Part shown: in pieces, positions 29,600 to 43,834 of the stretch
How the letters are laid out: each line of letters starts with the position of its first letter
How positions within the stretch are numbered: the first letter of the stretch is position 1
Origin: Trichoplax sp. H2
Taxonomy: Eukaryota
Assembly (NCBI GenBank): GCA_003344405.1
Contig: NOWV01000187.1
Span: forward strand, 62,001 to 126,000
Reading direction: 5' to 3'
DNA length: 64,000 bases
Notes under the pieces: model-generated
Databases searched by the model: none
Seen by the model: the letters and a program-made list of their open reading frames with translations, nothing else
Told to the model about the DNA's origin: nothing
Translations under genes and position numbers: made by a program

Positions 29600-32500
29600 C
29601 AAGCGGTTAAATAATATTAATCTTTGGCCATGTGGATTCTATATCTGAATAAATAAAAATTGGGAGGAGAGAATTAAGGAAATACTTTTAATATTTTTGT
29701 AGAACTTTGAAATTTGTATTGAGATGAAAAGAAGAGGAAAGACGATCGTTATATAGAATCAATTTAGTATCTGCACTATAAGTCTTAACAGTTCCATATC
29801 CCTTGGCTGTCATTATAATAATCGTAACATTTACTTTAACAGCTAAGGTGCATCAATCGCAAAGGTAGCGTGATTTAATAAGCAAAAACATAGCTATATA
29901 TATAGCCCTGTATAGTCAATATTAACATTTGGTACAGTACATATTTGTTGTATTTTTTTCAGGAATTGAAAAATTTGATTATTTTACGTGCTAAAAGGAT
30001 GAAATTAAGGTAATAGTCCAATGATTAGCCACGGAAGAATGATTATAATCTATCACTCTCTATAAATGTATCAAGCAGAAACTAACTAATCGCTAAATGA
30101 TAAAAGGACATGATAACGTTAGTGCATTTATGCTGACCAATAGCTTCATTAGTATGCTATCCAAAGTTTCGTATACTGATTCCATAAATATTATAGCCAA
30201 AATAGCATTAAATGCTATACTGGCTATCAATAGCTTTACTATTCTTTTGAAGGAGTACTTGGATGTATCTGTAATACATAATTGCATGCAGTTACTTCAA
30301 ACATGGTACAACTTTATACTAGCAAAATATAAGTATTTACTCACTTGGAACTAAGGTCGAAATTGCAGCAATTTCTTTGTTATTTGGACAGTTACTTGTA
30401 CAATTCCTGGTGTGGTTATCCATATTTTGACCAGATTCATATGTTACATTGTTTGCCAAGTTGGTATTAGAATAAAATACTGCAATATTTTAAACGAGAA
30501 TATTCTAAATTATGTGAAAACTGACAGATTGATTAATTATCGCAAATTAAATGAATCATAATTACCATTACGGTATTCAGGCATACGACTTTGACGAGCA
30601 CCAATATTTAAAGATTCTAAAGAATCAAACAGATTATCAACATTGCTTGGTAGTCCATTGTTGAGCATCGAAGATTGTTCTAACTGTGGCATCCAACTCT
30701 CGCTTAAACTTGAATCAGACGTGTCGTTAGTATCCGATTTGGAGTTAAGGCGCCGGAATTTATGCTTTCGCAACCTGGAAATTAAATGGTAAATACTAGA
30801 TGGATTAAAATAGATTATCCAACGATAATTACCATCTGAATAATTTAAAATTAAAATTTATTTAGTATGGTTATAATTACCGATTTTTCGATTTTTCCAT
30901 CCTTTTGCATAATACAAGCACAAATATTACCGAATTTAGAATAACGATTACAATACAGCAGATTATCTTAATTAAATATGATACAGTCATGTTGTCAGTC
31001 ATGTTATCCAGTCTGAGCCAGCTATCCTTTGCATACGCTACAATCCATAAGAGTAGCGGAATTATTAATACAGCTCTCTTTAACGCAATTTGATAAAGTG
31101 CGATACCAAAATTAATCATAAAATTAAGCGTAAAGCCAATGATATATATATAGGAATCTTCCAAATGGGATGTTACTATACGAGTATCCATTGACCATGA
31201 CCTATTTTGCGTATAATTACAGACTATTCCCGCTTCAAATTTACAGTTAGCTATTATTGTTGACATAGTTTTCGCTAGTAGGAGGCATGAACAAAATAGT
31301 ACCATAAATTGAATAACAATCATCACTTTCGGCGGTCTTCTGTTGGTTGGTGCATACTTCTATAATAGTTGTCATTAATGCAAAGACATAAATTTGTTTA
31401 ATAAAATTACTATTACTTGTATTATGTAGCTTACTAAATTCTTGTGTAGATTTAAAACATAAATTATTATTATATCAATATTACTGATAGCATGCACCTT
31501 CATCATGCTCTTTTTTAATGATTCTTTCAAAATTTCGGACTTTATGAAACGATTTTGTAGTGTTAGATGTCGTTTGACGATACATTGACAACTTTTACAT
31601 AAGGGATATTGTTTTTCTAGTGCGGCTTTGAATGCTTCAAATGGTTGATTATTATCATATTTCTTGAAATGAGATTTTACATGATCATTCAGCAATATAT
31701 TTAAAGAATAGAATTGGAAATAAGCCATCAGTAAATTTGTGTTTCCCTCGTGCTGAGAAAAAGCGGATAAAAATGAATGACTATTGCTATTACCATACGT
31801 ATGTTCCTGCATACCTCGGGAAATTTGGCAATCTGATTTATTATAATCTCTTGCTTCCTGTAGCATTCTACACAAAGTGTTGCTCGCATCGTTAAAGGTG
31901 TAGCTGGTTGTTTTACTATCAAGGTAGATAAAATAACTTAATAATATATGTAGCTCAAAATGCGATAGGAAAATATTAGCAAGGAAAGTATCGTGTAACA
32001 CAAGCAAGATGGTGATATTTTTTTATGATGATTTCAAGACGTACCGTTTGAGCTGTTTCTGTTCATAACTATTGTGTCTGCATATTCGTGATTTCCATTC
32101 ACCATTTCGTTTATTTCTTTGTTATAACCACCATCCTAGAAAAAGGTTTTATACAATTCAATGACCGTAGACATACAAGTAGATAAGTTAAGTAAATGGA
32201 TATTATAAACTAAATATGCCGAGAAAGCTACAGCGTGTCAAATTGTTGATTATTTAATATCGATGAAAAGATCTATTTAAAGGATTTACATTATAAAACT
32301 GGAAAATTCACTCTAGATATAAATATGATAACCAATATGACCATCTATAAGCGGATAAAATGCAACTTACTGCATTAAAGCCATTATATTGAGAGCAAAA
32401 TTGGCAATACCAACTGTTTCGTTGTGATGTAGCAACCCAATTATTGCGATTGCAAAACCAGCAATTGCGTCTCCTCCTATTCCCATCAGAGAGAAATAAT

Positions 32501-32997
32501 GTTAAAGGTCATATTATAAGCCCTCTAGGAGGTGCTACCGATCCGAAAGTGCATCTGATAAAAGCAAGCACCAATAGGATAGCTTAATAAGTCAAGGCTA
32601 TAGTGCTTCGAAGTACTATGGTGGATACGATGATCAATGTACTGTATTATCGATCTCTAGTAGGTTTGACTAGTGCTAGGTGCAGTAGTTGGTTTGAAAT
32701 GCAAAGCGTCCTATACTGGAAATAGCAACTAGCGCGTCAGAATGGAAGGTTTACAATAGCATTGATTGGCATCATCTTGTAATAGCATCCTCTCTATTTT
32801 AAGTCCGTATAACTCCATCCGAAACAGCCATTGCAATGTAATGAATACTAGTTTAAGAGTAATTTAAATGTACAGTATGGATAGGTTGATCGTACTTACC
32901 ATGGAAAGATCCAAAATAATGCAAAGAATATTGCCGGTACACACAGGTAGAATCGAGTCCAGTCCTCATATTGATTGACCATCCAATTTTGGCGCAT
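29600..32997 (-). CDS. TMEM201: Inner nuclear membrane protein TMEM201/Samp1 (Ima1 N-terminal zinc-finger domain); 3' end uncertain
   Basis: Spliced exons give …FWIFPW|RRRNCWFCNRNNW…WYCQFCSQYNGFNA|DGGYNKEI, LCVECYRKQEIIINQIAKF and LEKQYPLCKSCQCIVKRHLTLQNR (four CxxC pairs), followed by a hydrophobic multi-TM exon (~31360-30880) and a Ser-rich tail. Confidence 0.88.
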
Positions 32998-33739
32998 GAA
33001 ATGCCAGAATTGATGTAGTAAATCGAGAAGATTGATCGCACTACTAGGAACGTAGTCGTTCATACTGTTGATGATCGGAAAGTAAATCATTCCAGTCTAA
33101 TCGATAGCACAGCACAGGCTCAATCTTTAAACACTAATAAGAATAATTAAGCAATCCTAATTAGAAAAGAGTGCCAGTAAACCTGCAGCCACTATCCAAT
33201 CAGCATCCTTAGAGTCATGGTCATTGAACAAGGTAATGGAATGATCGAGTGAGAGATTAATAACCAATTCCCTGAAAGTATGATGGCAAAAGCCACCAAA
33301 ATTGGCTTATCTTGATCAACTATGATTGCCCTTTTATCGCTAATGATGGATTTTGACTTAATATAACTTTAATGTTGGCAAGGCCAGCATGGGTTATCGC
33401 GTGACATGTTGATACGTCCTCTAATCCAATGATGGAATATCGTCAAGAATGCAATTTGCTGAGGGTGTCCACAACGTCCGTACGTCTGAGCTTCTGCCTT
33501 GAACGATTTGCACAGTCTTGTGTTTCAAGTAAGTGGTCAGTCAATATTATTTCTTGAGAGAAAGGAGGACCAGAGAGGGAAATGGATTACTAAATCGCAA
33601 GATGATGGTATTTCCTACCGAGATGAAAGCTTTCCTTGCCTTTTTGGTATTACAGAGCTGTCTTACCGTTGAAATTGAATATTGCTATGATTCAATTCAG
33701 ATGGCCAAATACGATGGTAGTCGTGAGTTCGATACTCTT

Positions 33740-35190
33740 CAGTGTACAGTACACCATAGTACAGTACTGTAATCTAGAAGGTCTAGTGGTGTATGGGATG
33801 AGCTCGATTTACCCATCCAGTAATGGTATGCAATGTAGACTATCTTTTAGGCAAAATGTATACTGTACTGTATTCTATGATGTGCCTGATCCATTAAACT
33901 GCTGTCATGGTTGAGAACAACTTGACACTGAGCTATCCTCATTCATTCATGATAGACAGAAAGTTATGGATAATCGCCAAAGGGATCAATTCCATTCTTA
34001 ATTGATTGATAAATGAATAATTCATAAGCAATGGAAACGGATGCTTGCAACAACATAGCTCCGCTCTTCAATTGGCATGATTGGTATGACCGTAGAATGA
34101 ATGGAAGTTTTAGTACATTGCTTGTTTACTGGACGCATTTGTCATTCGCTAAATCGCGAATACAGTATCTTAAATCTGATTTTGTCGCAGTTGGTTCTAC
34201 CAATTGGCTTTGACTGTATAAGAGGATATAAACTAGAATCGGTTAGGTTAGACTGTATAAACGTTAGGAAAGTTTGATCATATTTACTATTTGCACTTGG
34301 TTCACCGTACTTTTCAGATTCACGCAGTCTTGCAGATTATTATCCGACATACTGTACTGCACGTACTGGACACTTTGTGTACAGTACAGTAGGTCAAACT
34401 ACGGTGGCTCACAATGTGAGCCACCGTATCAAACCGTTTCAACTACAGTCGATTTAAAGTGTGGGCAAAGTAAAATGAACACTTTCAATCTAGTTTCAAC
34501 GGCCTGACTTGAGTAGAACAATTATGTAAAAGATTTGATGAATGTAAAATGCACAGTGAACAAGGCAGCCATCCACCATTCCTGTATGTAATATTATTGC
34601 CCACTTCCCCACTATCATGTACAGTTGTACACTAATATACCGTCGATCATGATGATAATGCGTACGCAACTGGAACAATAACGTCATCCAACTAGAACCG
34701 TACTAGGTCACAATCTGTTATTTAATTATGTTCTACACTGTCTCTATCGATTTATAGAGATAGACATAGATAGATACATCAGAGCATATTGGGTTCTGAA
34801 TCCTTTTCTCTTTGTAGCAGTCTCTCTCTCTCTTAGGCGTACTTGCAGTAATCCAGTTCTCTTTTCTGAAACATCTCTCCCTCTCTCGTCTCAGTCTCGA
34901 AGCACAGTACATACTGTAGCGAGATGTGTACATTGTACTGTAAGACGAATCTTGTAATACTGTACTGTAGTATTAGTACAGTACAGTATGATTAAAAGGA
35001 AAAGGACTGACTGCAAATGCGTCGATCACCTAGGAAAGATGAAACTCGATGAGAGTCAAGTACAGCACTGTCAGAGTTCGGAGTGACGTAATGGAATGAC
35101 CATGGTGCGACTGACCTGCGACCACTAGGACTACAGTACACTACTGTACAGTACTGCACTCTCCTAGTAGACTGTACTGTACACTGTACA
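33740..35190. repeat. (CAGTA)n/(TACTG)n island in the divergent TMEM201-UFSP2 interval
   Basis: Tracts at ~33740-33880, 34345-34390 and 34900-35190. Confidence 0.75.
34400..34428. promoter_or_regulatory. Perfect 14-bp inverted repeat
   Basis: TACGGTGGCTCACA-A-TGTGAGCCACCGTA. The palindrome is directly visible; a regulatory role is inferred from position only. Confidence 0.5.
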
Positions 35191-35410
35191 CGGTGGTTGT
35201 TGTTGTTGGACGGATTGAAGAAGGAACCAAAATTCTTCTTCCATTTTTCTGCCTGTGAATAACAAAATTGATTTTATTCCAACCAAGTAACTGCAAGACA
35301 ACATCCCCTACTGCAAGCGACAGATAGACAAGCGTAAATTAGCTGTCACATTGATCGATCTATTCAAGCTTTCGTTACTGTAGAAAGGATTAATCGCCAT
35401 CGATGTGGAC

Positions 35411-38400
35411 ATGGTCCAAGTTACAATTGATGAATGCATCAGCAAAGCAAGTGTCACTAGGCTTGATTTCTATAATTTTCTTTGACTTTGGATATAGAAA
35501 ATAACGATGGATTCGTGAATAATCTTAATTTTCTTCCTTTTTCAATATCAACGGTATACGTGCATGGAGTAGAAATTAACCCAATCCAGTGATGACCATT
35601 TTGGTTTATTGTATGGATTGATCAATCAGCAAAATGTTTTTATTTTGGGCTGCGCCAAATGTAATTCATTGACTGGCGTTACTTCTCCCGATTGGAAGTT
35701 ATGCTTAAAGAAAATCCAACCATTTCTACCTGGAGGTCAGATTATACTACAATTGCAATAATCAAGCTATTCAATAGTGTGGAAATGGTCAGATCGATTA
35801 CAATAGTGTACAGGACTTGAAATGCCTGCTTCGCAGTCTACGTATCAAAGATAGTGTAGCTTACCGGTCTTTATGATGACAATATATTCAAATCTCTTCG
35901 GCTTTTCATCTTATTGAAATATTTTATAACTGGTTGCAATGTTGTTGTATCATGCTGAATGTTTTAGCCTTGATTCATTGTTCTTATTAGGAATTTCAGT
36001 ATGCGGAATCTTTCTAGCCAAAGGGAATAATGATCAAACTTTAACAGAAACGTGCAAAAAAAATCTCAAGCTGCTAGTAGACACCAAGGTAAATTACTGC
36101 AATCTTTTACGTATCATTCTACTATAGCCCAGTTAATTAAATTAATGACAAAGATAGCAAGAGTTGAAAGGTTGAATGGCCAGATTTTATCAGTTGTCGC
36201 TTAACCGACATCAAAAATAATATCAATTCTATTGGCACTTTATGATGCAATACTATTGACTTATTAGCTTGTAGACAATTCAGAATTACTGGTTGGCATT
36301 GTTGTGGATGGTAAAAGCGAAATCGATAAAGTTATGATACACAACTCGGATCAACGGATAGCAGTGGATACTCAATTCAAATTAGTGGAACATTTGCAGG
36401 ATAAACTACTCAATTTTAGAATAAAAGTAGACATTCCTGTGTACTTCAGCCCTTATAACAGTTGAGTAGTGCATATTAGTGTAATTTTTGCCCTGGTCAA
36501 ATGAAATTCTAACGATAAAATACTGGTACAGTAATATTTCAATCTTATTATAGTATTATTAATCATAAATTTTATCCAATACACTTAGAGGAAAGCATTG
36601 AACGCGAAATGAGCAGGTTAAGGCAGATTGTAACAAGTCAAAGAAATTGCTATTTTATTCGGGACTGGCAGCTTATGCTGTCGTGTAATTCGGATGCAAC
36701 TTGTGATAGTGCTAAAACATGCCGAGATTTTTTTAAAAATCAACCCAAATCGGCTGATAATCCGGTAAATTTTATATGCCATCAATGAAACTTCTAAAAT
36801 TTTACATGCACTGTAATTATACGATGACGATGAAACTGATAACGTCATTTTCGTCCCTTCAATAGTCACTGAAAAGGATTGACGTAGAATTATTACAAAA
36901 AACCACTGATCGCTCATCAAATTTGCACAGTCCCATACTGGACTGTGAAGTATTATTATCAAGTATGTGCAAATATACTTTACTATTCAATTTCATAATA
37001 TGATATTTGCTAGTGTTATAGTCAATATTAGCTTGTAGTACAGCAGATCTTGATTGTATTTTTTAACGTTTCTATTAGATAACTGCAAACTTCATGAAAT
37101 CATGCTATCCATTGAAATTCTAGTTTTGTACTTCAGAGATACTGGTGTAAAGCACTTAGCTAAACTATTTACAGATGCGATATTAATCCAACTGGATGAA
37201 GTGAAAAATTTACTCCAAGATGTTAGCTATACTAAGCTAGAATTTTACTATTACTAAATGGCGTCATTTTGGGGGAATTCCATACTTAATTTTCCCAATT
37301 TTAATTAGAATAATAGAAATCCAAACCATGCTATTCCGGAAGTCTTTCAGTATGTGCTTCCTGACAGTAATTGCCCAATTATGGTCATGTATCCAAACTT
37401 ACAAATTAATGGTGAATTGGTTGCAGAAGAAACACTAGGTTATTTTTTACACAGTAGAAACGATCAATTTCAATCAATATAAAAGCCGTTAATAGGACTA
37501 GACGTCAATACGTGCTTACTCTTACAGTATCATCGTAATGTATTAATGCACCCTATATCTCTTTTTTAACCCCCAAAGAGGACTACCGTAGACATTTACA
37601 TATGATGTTTTGTCTGCCGGATAATAAACCGTTACTAAAGCGAGCAAATTCCTATCAATATCGCAGTCAGTTTAAAGGTGATGAGTGCTTTCTAACTTGT
37701 AAATTCTGTAACGTGGAAAGTCAATAAGAATTAAATCTTGTTAATCTATCCTATGTGTATTTTGATATTACTATATTTAGACGGACATCTAGTTAATACT
37801 CACGAAGGGCTTTCTATGCCAAAAGGTTTGTATATATACACTGTTTACGAAATTTTAATTTTACAAACTATTATCTTAATGTGAATTTTTGTTATCTGAA
37901 GTAGGTGATGGCACGCAAATTGCTCTAGTAGATGGATGCTACTCTTACTTTCATTATATGCAGGATAATATCAATGATGATGTAAGAAATGCCTTCCGCG
38001 GCGACGATTCTATACTTCTTATTAGCTTTACTTGTACGAGGATACGAGCAGCATCATTATTATTAAAGTTGTAATTTTTTTCTTAGCAATGGGGGTGTGC
38101 CTATCGTTCATTTCAAACCCTCTATTCTTGGTTTAGATACCAAGGTTATACAGATAAGGCAACACCAATGCATAAGGATATCCAGCAAGTAAGAAAATCT
38201 ATTCAGTGACTATTATGCAAGGTTCTCTTTAGACTTATACTCATGAACAGTAATCCTATTATCGACTTGTTTGTAGGCTTTATGTGATGTTGGTGATAAG
38301 CCGTCAACTTTTGTTGGATCTAAAAAGTGGATAGGCTCGTACGAAGTTAGCATCTGCTTAGACCATTTCTTAAATGTACGTGAAATCTAGGAGTATAGAT

Positions 38401-39238
38401 TTAAGTTAGAGCTTTAAGAAAGCGACAGCGGTTTAATCTTAAATAAGTTTACGATAGCTTATTTGTTGTCAGTATGTATATACATATATATTATTATGCT
38501 TTGAAATATTAGGTTTCAAGTAGAATTGTATGCGTTAGTTCTGGAGCAGAACTACCGCAGAAAGCTCGAGAACTCGTCAGTCATTTTCAAAGTGAAGGTA
38601 CTCCAATCATGATAGGTATGAAATTTGTTGTTAACATTTACACCAACAATGACTTATTTTAGTTATAATATGCGTATAAGGATTCTTATGGTGATCTCTA
38701 TTATATGTAGGTGGCGGTGTTTTAGCACATACAATTTTAGGAATTTCCTTTAATGAAATTACAGGAGAAGTGAAATTTCTTATATTGGATCCGCACTACA
38801 CTGGAAGAGATGATTTAAAAACCATACATTCCAAGGTTAGGTTATAGCACAAATTGCAAACTATTTTCAGCGAATATGCGTAAATGTGACTATTTCAATT
38901 TAGACAATTAAAGCGTTTTCTGTCATTTACAGTATATACGATATATCTTTCATGCGTAATCGTATTGTATAATCCGTCTATTATAGGGATGGTGTGGATG
39001 GAAAGGACCGAACTTTTGGGATCAACGAGTAAGTTTAAATTTCTATTGACAGATAGTAATGTGAGATTAGTCGTGTCTATTCAAAGAAAAATTGGAAAGC
39101 GCTATAAAATTTTCAAACACAGAATTTTCGTGATTTATGGAGCATTTAATACTTAATTTTTATTTTACCCCTGCTATCTTTTATATTTCGTAGGCAAACT
39201 ACAACCTTTGTCTTCCAATGACACCATCAATGGTTTAG
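35411..39238 (+). CDS. UFSP2: Ufm1-specific protease 2 (peptidase C78)
   Basis: Exons encode [30 protein letters not shown] (catalytic Cys), [51 protein letters not shown] (Asp-Pro-His), [11 protein letters not shown] and NYNLCLP ending TAG at 39238. A long N-terminal extension starts at ATG 35411 (start less certain). Confidence 0.95.
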
Positions 39239-40543
39239 TCTGAGTTCATCCGTATATTTAATATATTCAATAAATGTTTTAAACCTAAGTGCCGGTATTC
39301 ATTTGAATCAAACGTCGTTTTCTACGTTCAGGTATAAACTGTTTAAGAAATAGAACCAGTGAGCAGATCAAGTGATGATGTAACATTATACACTACACCA
39401 TCTTGTCTATAGTCAGCGCCCTTGGAATGCAACTACAGTAACCGCCGTAAATGATTAAATTCTAAAATTTCTTTCTATATATCCAAGATCATAGCCATCA
39501 AGTTGGTGCACCGCGCACTTATAGTGCCGGTTACAAACGGGGACATTCAAATACTTCGATTAACCTTTGCAGCCGTTGTTAATTAGCTTAAAATCTTATT
39601 TCACTGTACCTAGAGTACAATACGTTTCGATATTAACTGAATGTCATGCGAATGAGTAGGAAAAAACTTGCTATTGAAACGGAAAGAATTATTATAGTCC
39701 ATTAGGTTGCCGCTACTATTGCAAAAAACTAACATTTATTAATGTTTTCGCTGGACAACTTACGTAGTCACAAGTAAACAACGTATTGGTGACTTAAAAA
39801 AATCCATTAGAATAGAATACGAGTACTCTCTGAACAAGTTGAAGTGGCATTTGTAATAATTAAGTCAAAATGATTCTAATGTATTTAATATACATAGATA
39901 CGTATATACGGTATAGACTTTATGCACATATTCTCTCTGTCTATATAAGGTACTGTATCTATATACATATACTTTTACAGTAACATGACTAGGACAAATC
40001 ATTACATAATCTAATTAACGTTAGCGTCAATTACAAAAAAGTCGTATAAAAACACTACACAATCTCAGTTGATCTATGCTGGCATGAATACTAAGTACAC
40101 ATATGATAACAGTAGCAAAAGCTTGTAACTGCTAGCAGTAAGAGAGAGAACTATAGTACATCATGCTCACGATCACGTTGTGCGTGTTCATGATAAACTT
40201 TTTGTATAAATTTAATTTAAACCTTGCCAAAATGTATACATGTAACAATCTTATCATTATACTATTAACATAGATGAGCACGACACAGATTAACATGCTT
40301 GTTCGGCGCATAGTTATATTAAGATGAATATAATACAAGAGACTTGAACCTATTTCTGTTATCGTGATAAAACTTGAATACAGTAATAGTTATTTCCTTG
40401 ATAGTGCATACTATTCAAATTACTTTACAATTGATACAGTAATCATCTGGAGTTGTAACTTTGCTAGAATAATTAATTGATTGCAATAGAAAATAAGCAG
40501 GATGATCAAATAATTCAGAAATAGGTTAAATAATAATGATATA

Positions 40544-43517
40544 TTATTCGTTCATCCAACTTTCTTCTACTATAGCAGAAACTTTCTTTTCATATTCACG
40601 TTTATTCTGCTGATATAATTGGGCAGCTAGGCTGTTAGCAGGACTATTAGGATTAGGTTCATCTAAAAGAGACTGGATCAACAAAATAAATAGTTATTAC
40701 GGATTGATGCATAGAAAACGTCTCTAAACGTTGACCAACGTGTACAACAGAGAATGTGAAATGATCAGGCTTTAAAGTTACTTAGCTTACTTGTATCGAA
40801 GTGAGGATAGCTGACACATCATATGTAGGACTCCATCTATTTTGTAATATATCTAGGCATATCCCGCCGTCCGCATAAACTACAATTAAGAATATGTAGC
40901 AAGGCATGAATTCGCGATAGCTTTGTTTACAGTCGTCAATACACTTTAATGTTAGGTGTATCAAGTATTTTTCCTCGGTTGCAGACATTGAACTTGTAAA
41001 CAAATCTTCACAGTATTTACGCAACATCGCTTTAAAGTCTTACCATTAGGATGAAACATTTTGGAGACAAATCTAACTGCGGGAGGTTTGTTAGGATAAT
41101 CTTCCGTAAACCGAATCGTTAATTTAAAGGTACCTATAGCCATTCCGAATCGGCGTGGATAATCATGACAGATAAAAGTAATAAATAAGTTTACGAATAC
41201 CGAAAGTTCAACATCGCTATGACATTTTAATAGATAGTCAACTGGTGTTCAAAGGAAGTGGTAAAAAACTTTAGCAGTTGCGTTGGTATTACAATCTTTT
41301 CAATTTATGAACTAACCGTCTTCAAAAGGTGTATCATGAGGTCTATAAACGAGGTCCATCGTATATCCATTTCGATATATGAAAATAAAGATATAATATA
41401 CAGTATCTTAGAATTTGCCTGGCATGATTTAAAAATGTTGATAAGAGTACTCGTACTGCTTGGACTAGCTTTCATGGGTATTTATACAGTAATAGCTCAC
41501 TGGCTAACATTCTTATTGATATATCATGTCAAGTATAGAATCTTTCGTTGGGGGACGGTATCCCTACTCTACAAGTGCGTCAATCATTACCCAAATATGA
41601 CCGCATTCCAAATTAAAATATTGTCTTCGGTAGGAGCTCCGCTTACACCTGCTGGTGGATCTTCTTGTAATCTAGTTTGATGGGATGAAGAAAAAAAGTA
41701 GCGATATCCGTTAAGTGTAAGCTATTTTTGAAATGCATATTAAGAGTTCATGTCCTATCTACATCACATGAAATCCATGAAATGGTGCTTGCTAGTTACA
41801 CACCCTAGCTATCATTGCCTATTGCTATAACTCAATCCCTCATTCATCATAGCTGGTACAGGATAATTCCATTACGGTAAGCGCACTTTCTGAGGGATAA
41901 AGCGATGTAAAAAGCGGAGTGAAACAATTATTGATGACAGTGGCAACTATTGTAAATCATTGCAATTAGGAAATTGATTATCATGAACTCCATCCAAGGA
42001 TATTACTACAGTAGGTTATTTCACACGTAATACTACAAATTTGGATGATGGAAGTCCGATATCACTAGGCACCGTAGTACGCGTCGGTGTTGAACGAGAC
42101 TTTGGAACGTTTATCCTCTATCCACTCAGATGCATGATGACAGCATTGAAACACTCTCCAAAGCGTTGATATGCTATACATCATGATGGGCTTGAACTGT
42201 CATATTTAATTTGGATACAGTACAAGATCGAAGAAGAATCGTTGGCGTTGCCAGGGACTACTATGGTGCTGCTGATATCGAACTGATACTGTATCATCGC
42301 CAACGTCACTCCTTCCTTTCAAGCACTACAGTAAGACATGTCCAAGGTGATGTTGTTCACGACTGGCAGTCCATTAGCGACTCCTCTCTCATTATTTCTG
42401 TTATAGTCCATCCAACTCCAACTGCATTATCGCCAACCTCACTGTACACTGTATAGTTACTCAAGATTACCAAGTCCTTACTTTTAGGCACAACAGTAAG
42501 CCATGTCAAGGCTTTATCTTGTTGACTCCTGTAAAGTTGATCAGCGACTGCTGTTCTTTTTCTTCGCCAACGTCACTGTGTACTGGTATACAGTAATAAC
42601 AGTATCGTTACTCAAGATTGCAAAGCCCTTCCTTTCATCCTGTACAGTCAAACATGTCTAGGCTTATCTTGTTCACTCCTCCAAGTCTATCAGCGATTCC
42701 TCTCTCTCCTTTTTCTAGCATAGTCTGCGAAAGAGGATAAAACTGGAGACTTTTCGACCTATTCTACGTCCATGGATTACAAGAAAATTGTCCAATTTTC
42801 GAATCATTGATGGTATCCATGGTAGTCACAGTCAAGCAATACAGCAAGTTGAAATGACTAGCAGCAAGCCACTACACGCGCATGCCCCAATGTGCTGCGT
42901 CAGTCTACGTGATACGACCTACTAGGGTACGGAAACTGAAACGGTACGGTACCACTTTGTACTGTACACTGTACAGTAAGTATTACAGCTCTACCCGTAC
43001 TCAACCATAGTAGAGCTACGGAAGACGCAGCTACGCACTGTATTGTACTCTAGTGTAACTTGTCTATCATCCACTGCATACAATCTTGTACAGCCAGCTA
43101 GAATGGTTGTACAAATTGAATAAGACTTTGGCTCCTGCAGTGCCATATAAAACGTGAAAACTTCATGGTCGATGACAAACTTGATTAGGCCGCTCTTCTT
43201 TTACTTATTGATCTTCATTTTAGAAGTTATGTCATCACTAGGAATAATTCTCCACTATACAGCACTATCAACGAGTTTCGATACTTGAAACCGATGATGC
43301 AAGTACCATTTTCATTATCCGTAGCAATGTAAATTACTGAATAAGGTCGATGGGAAATAGTGGGTAGACAAACATGAAAAGACAGTATCAACGCGCTACA
43401 ACGGTCAATGGATTTCAATCTAGGTTTATGTTTAATCATTCCTTTCAATCCAATACTGTATTGCTGTACTTACTTTTTAAAGTCTCTCATTAATCGTCTT
43501 CTTGCTGGTGTCGACAT
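40544..43517 (-). CDS. UBE2A: Ubiquitin-conjugating enzyme E2 A/B (Rad6)
   Basis: Exons 43517-43474, 41671-41591, 41342-41317, 41133-41044, 40879-40791 and 40672-40544 total 459 nt (152 aa): [23 protein letters not shown]…[26 protein letters not shown]…SPANS. Confidence 0.97.
42298..42725. repeat. Diverged ~134-bp tandem repeat x3 in UBE2A intron 1
   Basis: CGCCAAC.TCACT…ACAGT.A..CATGTC…TTGTT.AC…AGCGA recurs at 42298, 42431 and 42565. Confidence 0.75.
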
Positions 43518-43595
43518 GGTGAACTTGTCTACTAGGCTATATCACTGTTGTCGTCCGTATGTTGAATGTGGATGTTGTGTTATTACTTTACACGT

Positions 43596-43622
43596 AGAGA
43601 GAGAGAGAGAGAGAGAGAGAGA
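43596..43622. repeat. (GA)n microsatellite just upstream of the UBE2A start
   Basis: ~13 AG units, ~80 bp 5' of the ATG; reads as a pyrimidine tract on the coding strand. Confidence 0.9.
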
Positions 43623-43834
43623 CAACTTGATGATGAGAAATCGAGGGGCTAAACCAACCAGATTGATTAATAATGGTCCAATTTTCTTACAAGTTATCAC
43701 TGGCTACCTTGATCGTTACTTCACCAGCAATCAGCAGGCCAGAGGAAAGCCAAGAGTCTTTCCACTTTTAATGATCAATATTAAAGAACATCGACGTCGA
43801 CACAGGGACCCTATCGATTTGGGATGATGTTGGT

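Noticed and set aside
31375-32007. 210-aa ORF as a standalone gene
   Set aside because: It mixes intron sequence with TMEM201 exons, one of which is read in another frame.
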